53,649 nucleotides of DNA, taken from positions 1 through 53,649 of the forward strand of contig CALMUA010000216.1 of NCBI GenBank assembly GCA_937872775.1. The letters are read 5' to 3'. The stretch is from an uncultured Ruminococcus sp. (GTDB lineage: Bacteria > Bacillota > Clostridia > Oscillospirales > Ruminococcaceae). A program made the position numbers and the translations under genes. Below are positions 19,363 to 29,694 of this stretch, piece by piece (the stretch's first letter is position 1; the number at the start of each line of letters is the position of its first letter). The notes under the pieces are model-generated. The model did no database searches, had not been told where the DNA came from, and was given only the letters and a program-made list of their open reading frames with translations.

Positions 19363-20334
19363 ATGCCTGAAAAAATTTATGGCAATGAGCACATAACTGA
19401 TACATTCAGAAATATGCTTTCAAATCAGCGTATGGCACATTCTTTCCTGATATATGGTGAGAGAGGGCTTGGTAAAAAGGCAATAGTACAATACCTTTCA
19501 ATGCTTCTGATGTGCGAAGCTGATGAAAAACCATGCGGCAGATGTCGCTCATGCAGAAACACCTTAAATCACTGTCATCCTGATATTATATATGCGGAAC
19601 ACACCGGAAAGCTCAACGGTTTCTCGGTTGAAACAGTACGCAGCATATGCAGTGATGCATATATAAAGCCAAATAATTCAGATAAAAAAATATATATATT
19701 TACTGACGCTGACAATATAACGGTTCAGGCGCAGAACTCTCTTCTGAAACTGATAGAGGAGCCGCCTTCGTACGTTTATTTTATTTTTACAGCGGAGTCT
19801 AAAAATGTTTTTCTGGAAACAGTATTATCAAGAATAATCTCACTTAATGCAGTCGAGGTAGATCATGATACGTGCTGCAAAGCGTTGGTTCAGAGCGGTA
19901 TATCCGAAGAAAATGCATTAAAAGCCGTAAAATGCTTTGGAGGAAATATCGGTTTGTGTATGGAATGCATTAATTCAGAAAAGCTTCAGAATACAGTTGA
20001 ATTGACAAAGTCAGCAATTAACTGTATAATAAACAGGGATGAATATGGATTGCTTAAAACGCTGAGCAGTTCAGATTCAGATAAGTCTCAGTTTAAAAGT
20101 ATAATTATTCTGCTTGATAAAATAATACGTGATTCACTGGCAGCAAAGTTCAGACAGGACAGCATAATAAGCTGTTATGCTGATGGTGGTGTTTTGCTTG
20201 CTGATAGTCTGACTATGAATTCATGTGAAAAAATGCATTCAGCATGTTCTAAGGCATATGCACTTACAGACAAAAATGTGAATATCAAGCTTATTATTCC
20301 ATCGCTTTGTGCAGATATTATGATATATAGATAA
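19363..20334 (+). CDS. holB: DNA polymerase III delta-prime subunit
   Basis: HSFLIYGERGLGK, zinc module PCGRCRSC, HPD, AQNSLLKLIEEPP, TVLSR; directly upstream of ricT/yaaT. Confidence 0.88.
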   Translation: MPEKIYGNEHITDTFRNMLSNQRMAHSFLIYGERGLGKKAIVQYLSMLLMCEADEKPCGRCRSCRNTLNHCHPDIIYAEHTGKLNGFSVETVRSICSDAYIKPNNSDKKIYIFTDADNITVQAQNSLLKLIEEPPSYVYFIFTAESKNVFLETVLSRIISLNAVEVDHDTCCKALVQSGISEENALKAVKCFGGNIGLCMECINSEKLQNTVELTKSAINCIINRDEYGLLKTLSSSDSDKSQFKSIIILLDKIIRDSLAAKFRQDSIISCYADGGVLLADSLTMNSCEKMHSACSKAYALTDKNVNIKLIIPSLCADIMIYR

Positions 20335-20356
20335 AAAAACAGATGAGGAAACATTT

Positions 20357-21220
20357 ATGATAGAAATAATAGGAATCAGATTTAAAGAAGTAGGAAAAAT
20401 TTATTATTTTTCACCTGGCAGTATTCAGGCATCAGTTGGAGACAAGACTATTGTTGAGACTGTACGCGGAATAGAATGTGGTGAGGTTGTTATTGCTAAT
20501 CGTATGATTGAGGAAAGTGAAATAACATCAGAGCTTAAGGAAGTAATAAGACTTGCCACTGCGGAAGACATGGAGATAGTTGCTAAAAACAAACAGAAGC
20601 AGAAGGATGCTTTTGAGATATGTCAGCAAAAGATAAAAAACCGTGGCCTTGAAATGAATCTTATTGATGTTGAATTTACATTTGACAACAACAAGATATT
20701 GTTTTACTTTACAGCAGAAACAAGAGTGGATTTCAGGGAACTTGTAAAAGATCTTGCTGCAATTTTCAGAACCAGAATAGAACTGCGCCAGATAGGTGTA
20801 CGTGATGAAGCAAAAATACTTGGCGGATTAGGTATCTGTGGAAGAGAATTCTGCTGCAAAGGATATCTTGGAGAATTTCAGCCGGTTTCAATAAAAATGG
20901 CAAAGGAACAGAGTCTGTCCCTTAACCCTACCAAAATATCAGGTACATGCGGCAGGCTTATGTGCTGTCTGAAATATGAACAGAATTGTTATGAGGAGTT
21001 CCTCAAAATAACTCCGAAAGTCGGAGCATATGTAAAAATGCCTACAGGCAACGGATATGTAGAAGAAGTAAATCTTATAACTGGAAAGCTTAAGGTAAAA
21101 CCCGAAGCTGATTCTGCTGTTCCGGTTATAATAGACAGAAATGATGTAGTAATCATTAAGGATTCTGTTATAAAAGTAAATAAAGATGAAATTAAAGCGC
21201 TTAAAGCACTCGAAGAATGA
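20357..21220 (+). CDS. ricT: PSP1-domain regulatory Fe-S protein RicT/YaaT (stage 0 sporulation family)
   Basis: RVDFRELVKDLA, RIELRQIGVRDEAK, GICGREFCC, KISGTCGRLMCCLKYE. Confidence 0.92.
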   Translation: MIEIIGIRFKEVGKIYYFSPGSIQASVGDKTIVETVRGIECGEVVIANRMIEESEITSELKEVIRLATAEDMEIVAKNKQKQKDAFEICQQKIKNRGLEMNLIDVEFTFDNNKILFYFTAETRVDFRELVKDLAAIFRTRIELRQIGVRDEAKILGGLGICGREFCCKGYLGEFQPVSIKMAKEQSLSLNPTKISGTCGRLMCCLKYEQNCYEEFLKITPKVGAYVKMPTGNGYVEEVNLITGKLKVKPEADSAVPVIIDRNDVVIIKDSVIKVNKDEIKALKALEE

Positions 21221-21238
21221 AAAAATTTTAATAAACTA

Positions 21239-21267
21239 TTGATTTTTTAATTGATATGTACTATACT
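21239..21267 (+). promoter_or_regulatory. Sigma-A promoter of htpG
   Basis: TTGATT (21239) -17- TATACT (21262), immediately before CIRCE. Confidence 0.7.
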
Positions 21268-21272
21268 ATTTA

Positions 21273-21299
21273 TTAGCACTCAGATACTTAGAGTGCTAA
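21273..21299 (+). promoter_or_regulatory. CIRCE operator (HrcA binding site)
   Basis: Perfect TTAGCACTC-N9-GAGTGCTAA. Confidence 0.97.
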
Positions 21300-21320
21300 T
21301 AAAATCAATATGGAGTGAAT

Positions 21321-23222
21321 ATGAAAATGGAAACAAAGCAGTTCAAAGCTGAATCAAAAAGATTACTGGAAATGATGATCAACTCTATATATACTCACAA
21401 GGAAATATTCCTCAGAGAGTTGATTTCAAATGCAAGTGATGCTATTGACAAATTATACTTTAAATCTCTTACAGATGATAGTGTAGGAATGAAAAAAGAT
21501 GATTTTGAAATTTTTCTGAAGCTTGATAAAGAAAACCGCACAATAACTGTTACAGATAACGGTATTGGTATGACAAAGGATGAACTTGAAAATAATTTAG
21601 GTACAATTGCCAAGAGTGGTTCGCTTGACTTTAAAGATAAAAATGATCTCAAGGAAGACGTTGACATTATCGGTCAGTTTGGTGTAGGCTTCTATTCAGC
21701 ATTCATGGTTGCAAAGCTTGTTACAGTAAGAAGTAAGGCTTACGGTGAGGACAAGTCATATGAATGGCAGTCAGAGGGCGTTGAAGGCTATACAATCGAA
21801 GAATGTGATAAAAACAACGCAGGTACAGAGATAGTTCTTCATATAAAGGACAATACAGAAGAAGAAAATTATGACGAATATCTTGAACAGTACAGAATAC
21901 AGTCAATAGTAAGAAAATATTCTGATTATATCAGATTCCCAATAAAAATGGACGTTGAGCATGAACGTAAAAAAGAAGGCACTGAAGAGGGAAAAGATCC
22001 GGAATATGAAAAGTTTATTGAAAAAGAAACAATAAACAGCATGATTCCTATCTGGAAGAAAAATAAGAGTGAATTAAAGGATGAAGACTATAACAGTTTT
22101 TATAAAGAAAAATTCTTTGATTACACTGATCCGATCTGTCATATGCACATAAAGACAGAAGGAACAGCAACATATAATTCACTTATGTATATACCTTCAA
22201 AGGCTCCTTATGATTACTATACGAGAGAGTTTGAAAAAGGCCTTCAGCTTTATGCAAATGGTGTTCTTATCATGGATAAATGTGCTGATCTCCTTCCGGA
22301 TTACTTCAGTTTTGTAAAGGGACTTGTTGATTCTGAGGATCTTTCTCTTAATATTTCAAGAGAGATGCTTCAGCATGACAGACAGCTCAGGATAATTGCA
22401 AAGAGCATAGAGAAGACAATAAAAAATGAACTTACAAAGATACTTAAAAATGAGAGGGAAAAATACGAGGAATTTTATAAAGCATTTGGGCTTCAACTTA
22501 AATTCGGCATTCAGTCTTCATACGGAATGAACAAAGACACTCTTAAGGATCTTGTGATGTTCTACTCATCAAATGAAGAAAAGCTTGTAACACTTGAAGA
22601 GTATGTTTCAAGAATGAGAGAAGACCAGAAATATATTTATTATGCATCTGGTGAAAGCATATTAAGAATAAAGAGTCTGCCTCAGACTGAAATGGTTCTT
22701 GATAAGGGTTATGAGATACTATATCTTACAGAAAGTGTAGATGAATTTGCTGTAAAGACTCTTATGGATTATAATGAAAAGCAATTCAAATCAATTTCAG
22801 CCGGAGATCTTGATATAGATACTCCTGAGGAAAAAGAAGAAATAAAAGCAAAATCAGAAGAAAATAAAGAAATGTTTGCATTTATGAAGGAAGCACTTTC
22901 AGATAAGGTAAAGGAAGTAAGGCTTTCACAGAGATTAAAATCCCATCCGTTCTGTCTGACAAGTGCCGGTGAGCTTTCACTTGAGATGGAAAAAGTACTT
23001 AATTCAATGCCTACAGACAATAAGGTCAAGGCAGAAAAGGTACTTGAAATAAATCCTGAACATAGCATATTTACAAAGCTTCAGGACCTGTACAAAAATG
23101 ATAAGGACAAGTTGAAAAAATATACTCAGCTTCTTTATACCCAGTCACTTCTCATTGAAGGAATTTCAATAGAAAATCCTGTTGAATTCTCAAACATGAT
23201 ATGTCAACTTATGACAGATTAA
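21321..23222 (+). CDS. htpG: Molecular chaperone HtpG (Hsp90)
   Basis: [48 protein letters not shown]; start at ATG 21321 or 21327. Confidence 0.97.
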   Translation: MKMETKQFKAESKRLLEMMINSIYTHKEIFLRELISNASDAIDKLYFKSLTDDSVGMKKDDFEIFLKLDKENRTITVTDNGIGMTKDELENNLGTIAKSGSLDFKDKNDLKEDVDIIGQFGVGFYSAFMVAKLVTVRSKAYGEDKSYEWQSEGVEGYTIEECDKNNAGTEIVLHIKDNTEEENYDEYLEQYRIQSIVRKYSDYIRFPIKMDVEHERKKEGTEEGKDPEYEKFIEKETINSMIPIWKKNKSELKDEDYNSFYKEKFFDYTDPICHMHIKTEGTATYNSLMYIPSKAPYDYYTREFEKGLQLYANGVLIMDKCADLLPDYFSFVKGLVDSEDLSLNISREMLQHDRQLRIIAKSIEKTIKNELTKILKNEREKYEEFYKAFGLQLKFGIQSSYGMNKDTLKDLVMFYSSNEEKLVTLEEYVSRMREDQKYIYYASGESILRIKSLPQTEMVLDKGYEILYLTESVDEFAVKTLMDYNEKQFKSISAGDLDIDTPEEKEEIKAKSEENKEMFAFMKEALSDKVKEVRLSQRLKSHPFCLTSAGELSLEMEKVLNSMPTDNKVKAEKVLEINPEHSIFTKLQDLYKNDKDKLKKYTQLLYTQSLLIEGISIENPVEFSNMICQLMTD

Positions 23223-23433
23223 GATTATACTATTATATATGCAAATGATACCATTGAAAACAATGGTACATACATAACAATCAGTATTTCATGTATTGAT
23301 TCATAATAAATCTAAGGTGAACGACATGACACATTAAGGCATAATGTTTCATTTTTGGTTGAAATGTGTGGCGGATTATTGATATTGTTCAAAATAACTA
23401 TAATTCAGCTGCATTTTTCAACTGTTTTACCAA

Positions 23434-23462
23434 TTGTTTTGTTTGAGAATATATGTTATAAT
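23434..23462 (+). promoter_or_regulatory. Putative extended -10 sigma-A promoter
   Basis: TTGTTT (23434) -17- TATAAT (23457) with extended -10 TG. Confidence 0.5.
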
Positions 23463-23537
23463 CTAACCTATAAGACGAAATCACAATATACAAGTTATTG
23501 TGTTTCAAATATAAAAATGAAAAAGGAGTTTTTGGAA

Positions 23538-24518
23538 ATGAAAAAATCTGTTAAAAGCATAGTAAGTATTGTTTCCGCAATTGCTATGTTATCAACATCA
23601 GCAATGGCAGTTTCTGCTGGTACTACAGCAGTAAACCCTATTAAGGATGTTAATGCTATTTCTGCAACAAGCAAAACTGATTTCAGTGCTGTAAAAGCTG
23701 ATGCAATCGTAATTACATCTGCTACAACAAAAATGGAGTCAGCTGGTTTAAAATTACTTCAGGCTCAGATCGGTGCTGAAAGAGCAGACCAGGATTCTAT
23801 CCTTGCAAAAATCGCTACAATGTCAGCTGATGAAGTTAAAGCAGCAGTTGAAAACGTAACAAAGGCAGCTGAAAGCAACCAGGATCTTAAGGCTACAGTT
23901 GCTGAAGCAGTAGCTGAAGTTAAGGCTACAGTTAATGCAGCAGCTGGTGTTAATGCTGATATCGTTGTAAGTAACGTTTACAACCCAATCAACTACATAT
24001 CAGGCGGCGCTACAGTTGACGCAGCTAAGAAGGCTGTTCAGGTATATGTTGATGAAATCAACTCTGAAATCGCTGTAATTGCAAAAGATAACAATGTTAC
24101 AGTTGCTGACGTATCAAATATTGAACCAGCAACAAAGATCTCTGTAGCAGATCTTAAGACAGGCGCTGAAACAGCTGCAACTCTTAAGACTGTATTTGAA
24201 CAGCAGAGTGATGCAAGAACAGCTGGAGTTAATGAAACTACAGTTGCTAAGGATACAGTTTCATACAAATACGGCGATCTTAACAACGATGGCAAGGTAA
24301 AGGCTGTTGATCTTGTTATCATGCTCCAGTATCAGTTGAGCAAGGGCTCAGAAACACCAATTCTTTCTGAAGAAACAATTGCTAATAAGGGCTATACAGT
24401 AGCTGCTGGTGACGTTTATAAGGATGGCGTTACATGTGACGCTTCTGATATTACACGTCTTAAATTGTTCCTCCTTGAAGATATCAATGAGTCAGTTCTT
24501 GGTACAGTTGCATTCTAA
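23538..24518 (+). CDS. Secreted Ala/Val-rich protein with degenerate SGNH-like core and atypical C-terminal dockerin
   Basis: ATG 23538 after AAGGAG; signal peptide ending AVSA; ADIVVSNVYNP...EINSEIAVIAKDNNVTVADV; dockerin YGDLNNDGKVKAVDL...AGDVYKDGVTCDASDITRLKLFLL. Confidence 0.75.
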   Translation: MKKSVKSIVSIVSAIAMLSTSAMAVSAGTTAVNPIKDVNAISATSKTDFSAVKADAIVITSATTKMESAGLKLLQAQIGAERADQDSILAKIATMSADEVKAAVENVTKAAESNQDLKATVAEAVAEVKATVNAAAGVNADIVVSNVYNPINYISGGATVDAAKKAVQVYVDEINSEIAVIAKDNNVTVADVSNIEPATKISVADLKTGAETAATLKTVFEQQSDARTAGVNETTVAKDTVSYKYGDLNNDGKVKAVDLVIMLQYQLSKGSETPILSEETIANKGYTVAAGDVYKDGVTCDASDITRLKLFLLEDINESVLGTVAF

Positions 24519-24548
24519 TTAAAGAATTATATATCTGTATAATAAAAT

Positions 24549-24591
24549 AAAAATATCCGTTCCATTATATTATGGAGCGGATATTTTTTTT
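24549..24591. terminator. Bidirectional intrinsic terminator
   Basis: AAAAATATCCGTTCCAT / ATGGAGCGGATATTTTT stem flanked by A and T runs, between convergent genes. Confidence 0.82.
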
Positions 24592-24648
24592 GCCTTATAA
24601 TAATTAAATAATGGCTTGCTTACTTTTAACATTGAAATGTGCATAGTG

Positions 24649-24689
24649 AATGTGTCCCCTTCTGTTGTTTTAGAGGCAGGGGACATATT
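24649..24689 (-). terminator. Second hairpin directly after the BY-kinase stop
   Basis: AATGTGTCCCCT / AGGGGACATATT imperfect inverted repeat. Confidence 0.5.
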
Positions 24690-24696
24690 ATATGAT

Positions 24697-26103
24697 TTAT
24701 AGTATATTATTGTTCTGCAGCTGATGTTTGAATCTGAAATCATGGGAAATATGGCGGATTTCTCTGCGTGTGTCAATATCATCTGTATCATTTAAAATAA
24801 ATCCAGATATATTTGTATCTGCAAGTTCAAAACTTTTTATAGCTTTTTCAATATCACTGTATATCGTATGATTCTGACGAGCAACAATAATTACTCCGTC
24901 AGATATCTGTGTCAGCGTCAGAACGTCAGATACAGTGTTTACAGGGGGTGTATCAATAATAATATAATCAAACATAGGCTTTAGCTGATTGACCGTATCT
25001 GACATATCAGGGCTCGAGAGAATGGAAGCGGGATTGTGAAGAACAGTGCCCGCACATAACACAAACAATGAATCATATTCTGTGAGTACTATTACATCTT
25101 TTGAACTCAGTGTTCCATATATTACATTAGAAATTCCGGGCTGGTTGCCATGAATTCCAAAGAAGTTGCGTATTTTTCCATGTCTGAGATCGCATTCAAT
25201 AATAAGTACGCGTGATCCTGACTGAGCCATTGTAACAGCAAGATTGACTGCCACAGTTGTCTTTCCTTCCTGAGCAACTGAACTGCTTACTGTGAGTACT
25301 TTGCATGTTATGTCAGGTAAAGTACGGCTGAGACTTGAGGACAGCTTCCTGAATGCATCTTTGAAGCTCACGCTGGTCCGGTCATTAATAAGTATCGGAT
25401 TGTATGAATTAATTTCAGAATATTTCCGGTGCAGTTTTATATGGTTTAATGATATATCTGTATTTGAGAATGATGGAATGCATGAAAGCACAGGATATGA
25501 AAATCTTGATGTAATATCAGAAACATTCTGTATATGATTATCTGATGCAGAAAAGATAAATGAAATTAATATACCTGCCAGAGCACCTACGGCCGAGAAA
25601 CAGAGTGAAATAAGAAGTATATTAGGAGATGACGGAGAGGATGGAATACGGGCCTGATCAACTAAGCTCGCCGTTATTGTACCATCTGAGATACTTCTAA
25701 TATAGCTTTCCTGTTTTTTAAAAATAGATTGCTGGATCTGAAATGTATCCGATGCATTATGAGCTTTTACATTAATGTCAAGAAAAGATGAGTTATCAAC
25801 AGCGGATACTGTGACCATTTTGTAAAGCTGCTCACTTGTATAACCCAATTTACTGTCTTCTGCGACCTTATCAAGAAATGCATATGATGAAAAGAAATGA
25901 GTATAATTATCTGCTGATTTTTTTATATATCCTGTTTCTCCTCCACTATATATTTTTTCTGTTTGTTCAAGGATGTAATAACGTGAGGTTGATGTATATT
26001 CAGGTTTAATAACAAATGACGAAAAAACGTATCCGATAATTGCTGCGGATATTGCAGATGCTGCTGCAATCAGCATTTTATGAGTAAATTCTTCTATTTT
26101 CAT
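24697..26103 (-). CDS. Fused Wzz/CpsC-CpsD polysaccharide biosynthesis tyrosine kinase (BY-kinase)
   Basis: Two TM segments around KPEYTSTS...PSSPSSPN loop; Walker A SSSVAQEGKTT, A' IIECDLR, Walker B IIIDTPP. Confidence 0.88.
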   Translation of the reverse strand: MKIEEFTHKMLIAAASAISAAIIGYVFSSFVIKPEYTSTSRYYILEQTEKIYSGGETGYIKKSADNYTHFFSSYAFLDKVAEDSKLGYTSEQLYKMVTVSAVDNSSFLDINVKAHNASDTFQIQQSIFKKQESYIRSISDGTITASLVDQARIPSSPSSPNILLISLCFSAVGALAGILISFIFSASDNHIQNVSDITSRFSYPVLSCIPSFSNTDISLNHIKLHRKYSEINSYNPILINDRTSVSFKDAFRKLSSSLSRTLPDITCKVLTVSSSVAQEGKTTVAVNLAVTMAQSGSRVLIIECDLRHGKIRNFFGIHGNQPGISNVIYGTLSSKDVIVLTEYDSLFVLCAGTVLHNPASILSSPDMSDTVNQLKPMFDYIIIDTPPVNTVSDVLTLTQISDGVIIVARQNHTIYSDIEKAIKSFELADTNISGFILNDTDDIDTRREIRHISHDFRFKHQLQNNNIL

Positions 26104-26138
26104 TTTTAACTCCTAATAAAATATGTAGTATATTTTTA

Positions 26139-26166
26139 ATTATATCAAATATTGAACAAAAGTCAA
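26139..26166 (-). promoter_or_regulatory. Putative sigma-A promoter of BY-kinase gene
   Basis: Minus strand TTGACT -16- TATAAT with extended -10 TG. Confidence 0.55.
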
Positions 26167-26299
26167 CAATTGAAAAGTTATTTATCAAGTTATTTTGTTA
26201 AAATATTATTTTTAATAAAAGACTGACAAATATGCATTGTCATAATCAACAAAAATATTATTACATTTGATACAATTTCGGGAAACCACGGAGTATATA

Positions 26300-26328
26300 G
26301 TGACATTTGTCTGAAAATATGATATAAT
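26300..26328 (+). promoter_or_regulatory. Putative sigma-A promoter of amidase gene
   Basis: GTGACA (26300) -17- TATAAT (26323) with extended -10 TG. Confidence 0.65.
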
Positions 26329-26366
26329 GAAACTACATTAAAGTGCAATTTTTTTGGAGGATTATA

Positions 26367-27137
26367 ATGGCTGAAGTTAAAACAAAATCTGTTGTACGAA
26401 GAGTTCATAAGAGAAGAGTATGCGGCTGTTTTACAGTGCTTGTTTTTATAATTATCTTAGTGGTTTTAATTGTTTCAGGATGTCATAATAATAATGACAA
26501 AGGTAAGAAATCTTCTGCTGTTGATGTAAAAGTAACAGAAGCTACGACAGAGCAGGAGAAAGACGACAAATTTCTTGTTTGCATCGATCCAGGGCATGGA
26601 GGAGATGATCCTGGAAGTAACTATGGTGATCGTTTAGAAATGACTGATAATCTGAGATATGCAAAGTGTGTGTATGATGAATTGTCAAAACGTGACGGAA
26701 TAGAAGTAATGATTACAAGAACAGACAGTAAGGAAACACTTGATTCTGAAGAACGTGCTAAAATGGCAAACGATGCCGATGCTGACCTTTTTCTTGCACT
26801 TCATAGAAATTATTCTGATGACAGTTCCGCAAACGGAATAGAAGTATGGACAAATAAAGATGCAGATGCTGTTGATATTAATCTGGGATATAAACTGATA
26901 GATAAACTTAAGGTAATAGGTATTCAGCGTGACCGTGGTGTACATACAGGATATACAAATGAAAAACAGGAAAATTTCATGATTATTGAATATACCAACA
27001 TGACAAGCTGTATTCTTGAACTTGGATTTATTTCAAATGATGAAGACAATTATCTGTTTGATAAACACTATAAAGAATATTCTGTTGCAATAGCAGATGC
27101 AGTTGAAGAAATGCGCAGAGATTTTTTTAATGATTAA
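26367..27137 (+). CDS. Membrane-anchored N-acetylmuramoyl-L-alanine amidase (Amidase_3)
   Basis: IDPGHGGDDPG, ERAKMANDADADLFLALH, ILELGFISN; N-terminal hydrophobic segment ending IVSGC; ATG after GGAGG. Confidence 0.9.
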   Translation: MAEVKTKSVVRRVHKRRVCGCFTVLVFIIILVVLIVSGCHNNNDKGKKSSAVDVKVTEATTEQEKDDKFLVCIDPGHGGDDPGSNYGDRLEMTDNLRYAKCVYDELSKRDGIEVMITRTDSKETLDSEERAKMANDADADLFLALHRNYSDDSSANGIEVWTNKDADAVDINLGYKLIDKLKVIGIQRDRGVHTGYTNEKQENFMIIEYTNMTSCILELGFISNDEDNYLFDKHYKEYSVAIADAVEEMRRDFFND

Positions 27138-27141
27138 AAAT

Positions 27142-27176
27142 AAAAGAGCTTCATTTTAAAATAATGGAGCTCTTTT
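27142..27176 (+). terminator. Hairpin terminator after amidase
   Basis: AAAAGAGCTTCATT / AATGGAGCTCTTTT. Confidence 0.72.
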
Positions 27177-27192
27177 GCATATATAAATACAT

Positions 27193-27226
27193 AAAAGTCC
27201 CCCCTGAAAATCAGGAGGGACTTTTT
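27193..27226 (-). terminator. Hairpin terminator after GH48 gene
   Basis: AAAAGTCCCCCCTGA / TCAGGAGGGACTTTT with one mismatch. Confidence 0.75.
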
Positions 27227-27246
27227 ACGTATATAATTAATAAGAA

Positions 27247-29694
27247 TTATTTCTGTGGTCCGAGTACTACAGGATCTTTAGAAATATACTGTTTTAAGTG
27301 AGCAAGGTCTGGAAGGTCTACGTTGCCGTCTGAATTTACATCAGCAGCTTTAAGAGTATTTCCTGCAAGAGAATAGTCACCAAGTAAGTACATACTTAAG
27401 TATGTAAGGTCTGTGATTTCAACTTTACCGTTTTCATCAAGATCACCATACATAAAGTCATCAACTGGTTTCTTTGTAGTAGTAGTTGTTCTCTTTGTAG
27501 TAGTAGTAGTAACAGTTGTTTCTTCAACAGGGTCACCAGCATCAGCTTTTGCGCTTGATGGTTCTTCAACTGTATCACCGATCTTATAATCACTGCTTGT
27601 GTTGTTTGGTGCTACATCAGGATAAAGTGTAGCCATAGTACCAACAGCCATCAGGTAGTCTGAAATATGCCAGAATCTGTGGTAGTTAAGCTCAAATCCT
27701 GCAGTTTCGTTACCGTGATCATTATAATATGTTTCAAGTTCCTGGAACATTTCATCATCATGATACTGAGATCTGATATCAATGAACTTGATACCAGGTT
27801 CAATTGCATCACCATTAGGCATTGTTCCCGAATAATCAGAAGGAACATGAACTTCCTGTTCAAATATTCTCTTTAAGCTTCCGTTATCTTCGGAGTATGA
27901 AACACCGATATCATCACGGTAGCAAGCCCACATACAGTCAATGAGGTGTTTAGATGTGTTGAATGCCTTGATTGCAACTGAACCGCCCTCTGAAGAACCA
28001 GGTTCTACACCCTTTGTCTTAGCGTAGTAGAGAAGTGTGTTAGCAAGTGAACTGATACAACCTACGTCTGATGAACCATAGTTTCTGATTGTACATGTAA
28101 GGTTACTGTTGTCAGGCTTTGAACCATCCCATGTATCAGGTTTTGAGGATTCACCCCAGTCAAGGTTTGCAGGGATAGCAAATGGCATTGTATTACCTTT
28201 GTCATCTGTGTAGTTCCACTGAACGTTATCAACGAACCATTCAACCCACTTGTCAAGTAAAGCTTCACATCTGCTTGCAATTTCAGTATTTCCGTCCTCT
28301 GTTGCTGCATAATAAAGTTCAGCTATACGCTGTGTTGACCATACCTGGTTACCAATCCAGTGGTTTGAACCTGGGTCACAGTATACAGGATGTGCAACAT
28401 AAGCCATGCCATAGAATGTAGGAACACCTGATGGGTATGGTTCATATCTTCCTGCCCAGCTGTTTGTACAACCACCAGCAAACGGACCGTCTGATGACTG
28501 AAGCCATTCATAGAAGTCAAGCTGTCTGTCAAGTGATTCTGTCCAGTCTTTAACTGCACCTTCAGCCTTCATTGCACTCTTAAGTCCTGAGTCGTTGAGT
28601 ACTCCATATGCCTGCATTACGTTCTGATAGAACTGATGTGAATGGCTGCATCCGATCTGCCATGTCCATGAACCGTTCATAGCACCGCCCCATGATGTGT
28701 ACCATGACATCAGATAATGACAACCCTTGTATCCTGCAGATGAACTGCTCTTTGTTGTTGATTCGCCGATTTCTTTATAGTATTTGTCAAACATGACATT
28801 TCTGAGTTCGTCTGCCATTTTACCAGCCTTTTTAGTAACGTCTGAATTACCAACGCCCCACCTGTTAGCCCAGTAAACTGCCTGAATAGCACGTGCTTCA
28901 GCGTCAGGAGCGTTTGTGTAAGCCCACTGTGCAGCAACCTTTGATTCTGTTGTAAATACACCCTTTACACCACGGCCTTCCATACCGTATTCGAGTTCTT
29001 CTATAGATCCATGAGGAATTGTTTCAAAAACGGATTCCTGTTCACCTCTTTGGAATGTATTGATGAATGTGAAGTTTCCACTTCCTCCGCCGTATCCATA
29101 CCAGTCATCAACGTCTGCAAGCCAGTGGAGAAGGTAAAGACCCGTATCACTGCTGTATGCCGAGCAGAAGTTTTTGTGTATAGGGTTAAGACCGTTATTG
29201 CCTGTAACCATATCTGTAGGATAGTCTGTAGGATCTTCCCATTCATCACTGTATGTAGCGGATGGCTCTGTTTTCTTCATAAAGCCGGTCTGTTCAGAAG
29301 GAATCATAACCTCCATTACTTTCCAAGCCTTTGCGAGCTCAGTTGATTCCTGTGTGAGGTTATCATGCATAGCTGCTATCCATACAATGTATGACATAGC
29401 TTCTGATGTTGTTTCATGACCGTAGTCAGGAGCTTCAACACATACAGTTTCAACTGCATGATAAGGAACACCATCTTTTGAAAGATATCCGTTTTCAGTA
29501 CCGTTTGTAATTACATCATCATAAAGTGAGAGATACATGTTCTTATATGTATCTGAGCCGAACTTTTCTTCAATTGTTCTGCCTTCTACGCCGTTTACTT
29601 TAGCTGATGCAGTAATCGGTGAACCTGCAGCTGCTAACATTGCAAATGACATAGTAAAAGCGACCAGTTTCTGGGTTTTCTTCTTAAGAACCAT
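27247..29694 (-). CDS. cel48: GH48 cellobiohydrolase with Thr-rich linker and C-terminal dockerin
   Basis: GVPYH, VEAPDYGHETTSEAMSY, INTFQRGEQES, YTNAPDAEAR, WLQSSDGPFAGGCTNSW, YHRFWH; dockerin GDLDENGKVEITD...ADVNSDGNVDLPD; GAGGAG RBS. Confidence 0.96.
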   Translation of the reverse strand: MVLKKKTQKLVAFTMSFAMLAAAGSPITASAKVNGVEGRTIEEKFGSDTYKNMYLSLYDDVITNGTENGYLSKDGVPYHAVETVCVEAPDYGHETTSEAMSYIVWIAAMHDNLTQESTELAKAWKVMEVMIPSEQTGFMKKTEPSATYSDEWEDPTDYPTDMVTGNNGLNPIHKNFCSAYSSDTGLYLLHWLADVDDWYGYGGGSGNFTFINTFQRGEQESVFETIPHGSIEELEYGMEGRGVKGVFTTESKVAAQWAYTNAPDAEARAIQAVYWANRWGVGNSDVTKKAGKMADELRNVMFDKYYKEIGESTTKSSSSAGYKGCHYLMSWYTSWGGAMNGSWTWQIGCSHSHQFYQNVMQAYGVLNDSGLKSAMKAEGAVKDWTESLDRQLDFYEWLQSSDGPFAGGCTNSWAGRYEPYPSGVPTFYGMAYVAHPVYCDPGSNHWIGNQVWSTQRIAELYYAATEDGNTEIASRCEALLDKWVEWFVDNVQWNYTDDKGNTMPFAIPANLDWGESSKPDTWDGSKPDNSNLTCTIRNYGSSDVGCISSLANTLLYYAKTKGVEPGSSEGGSVAIKAFNTSKHLIDCMWACYRDDIGVSYSEDNGSLKRIFEQEVHVPSDYSGTMPNGDAIEPGIKFIDIRSQYHDDEMFQELETYYNDHGNETAGFELNYHRFWHISDYLMAVGTMATLYPDVAPNNTSSDYKIGDTVEEPSSAKADAGDPVEETTVTTTTTKRTTTTTKKPVDDFMYGDLDENGKVEITDLTYLSMYLLGDYSLAGNTLKAADVNSDGNVDLPDLAHLKQYISKDPVVLGPQK

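Noticed and set aside
18006-21220. Absence of tmk between yaaO-like gene and holB as a deletion event
   Set aside because: Gene order of this block varies among Firmicutes; no remnant, and the 19-bp gap is clean.
23355-23537. Long N-terminal extensions in the ORF track (also at 12, 9617, 17036, 31201, 42011)
   Set aside because: Better RBS-linked starts lie downstream and most give proper signal peptides or family-typical N-termini; extensions cross promoters or upstream genes.
5456-24689. Similar hairpin bases (TGTCCC...GGGACATAT) at 5456 and 24649 as a REP/MITE family
   Set aside because: Only two short, differing copies in terminator positions; no target duplication.
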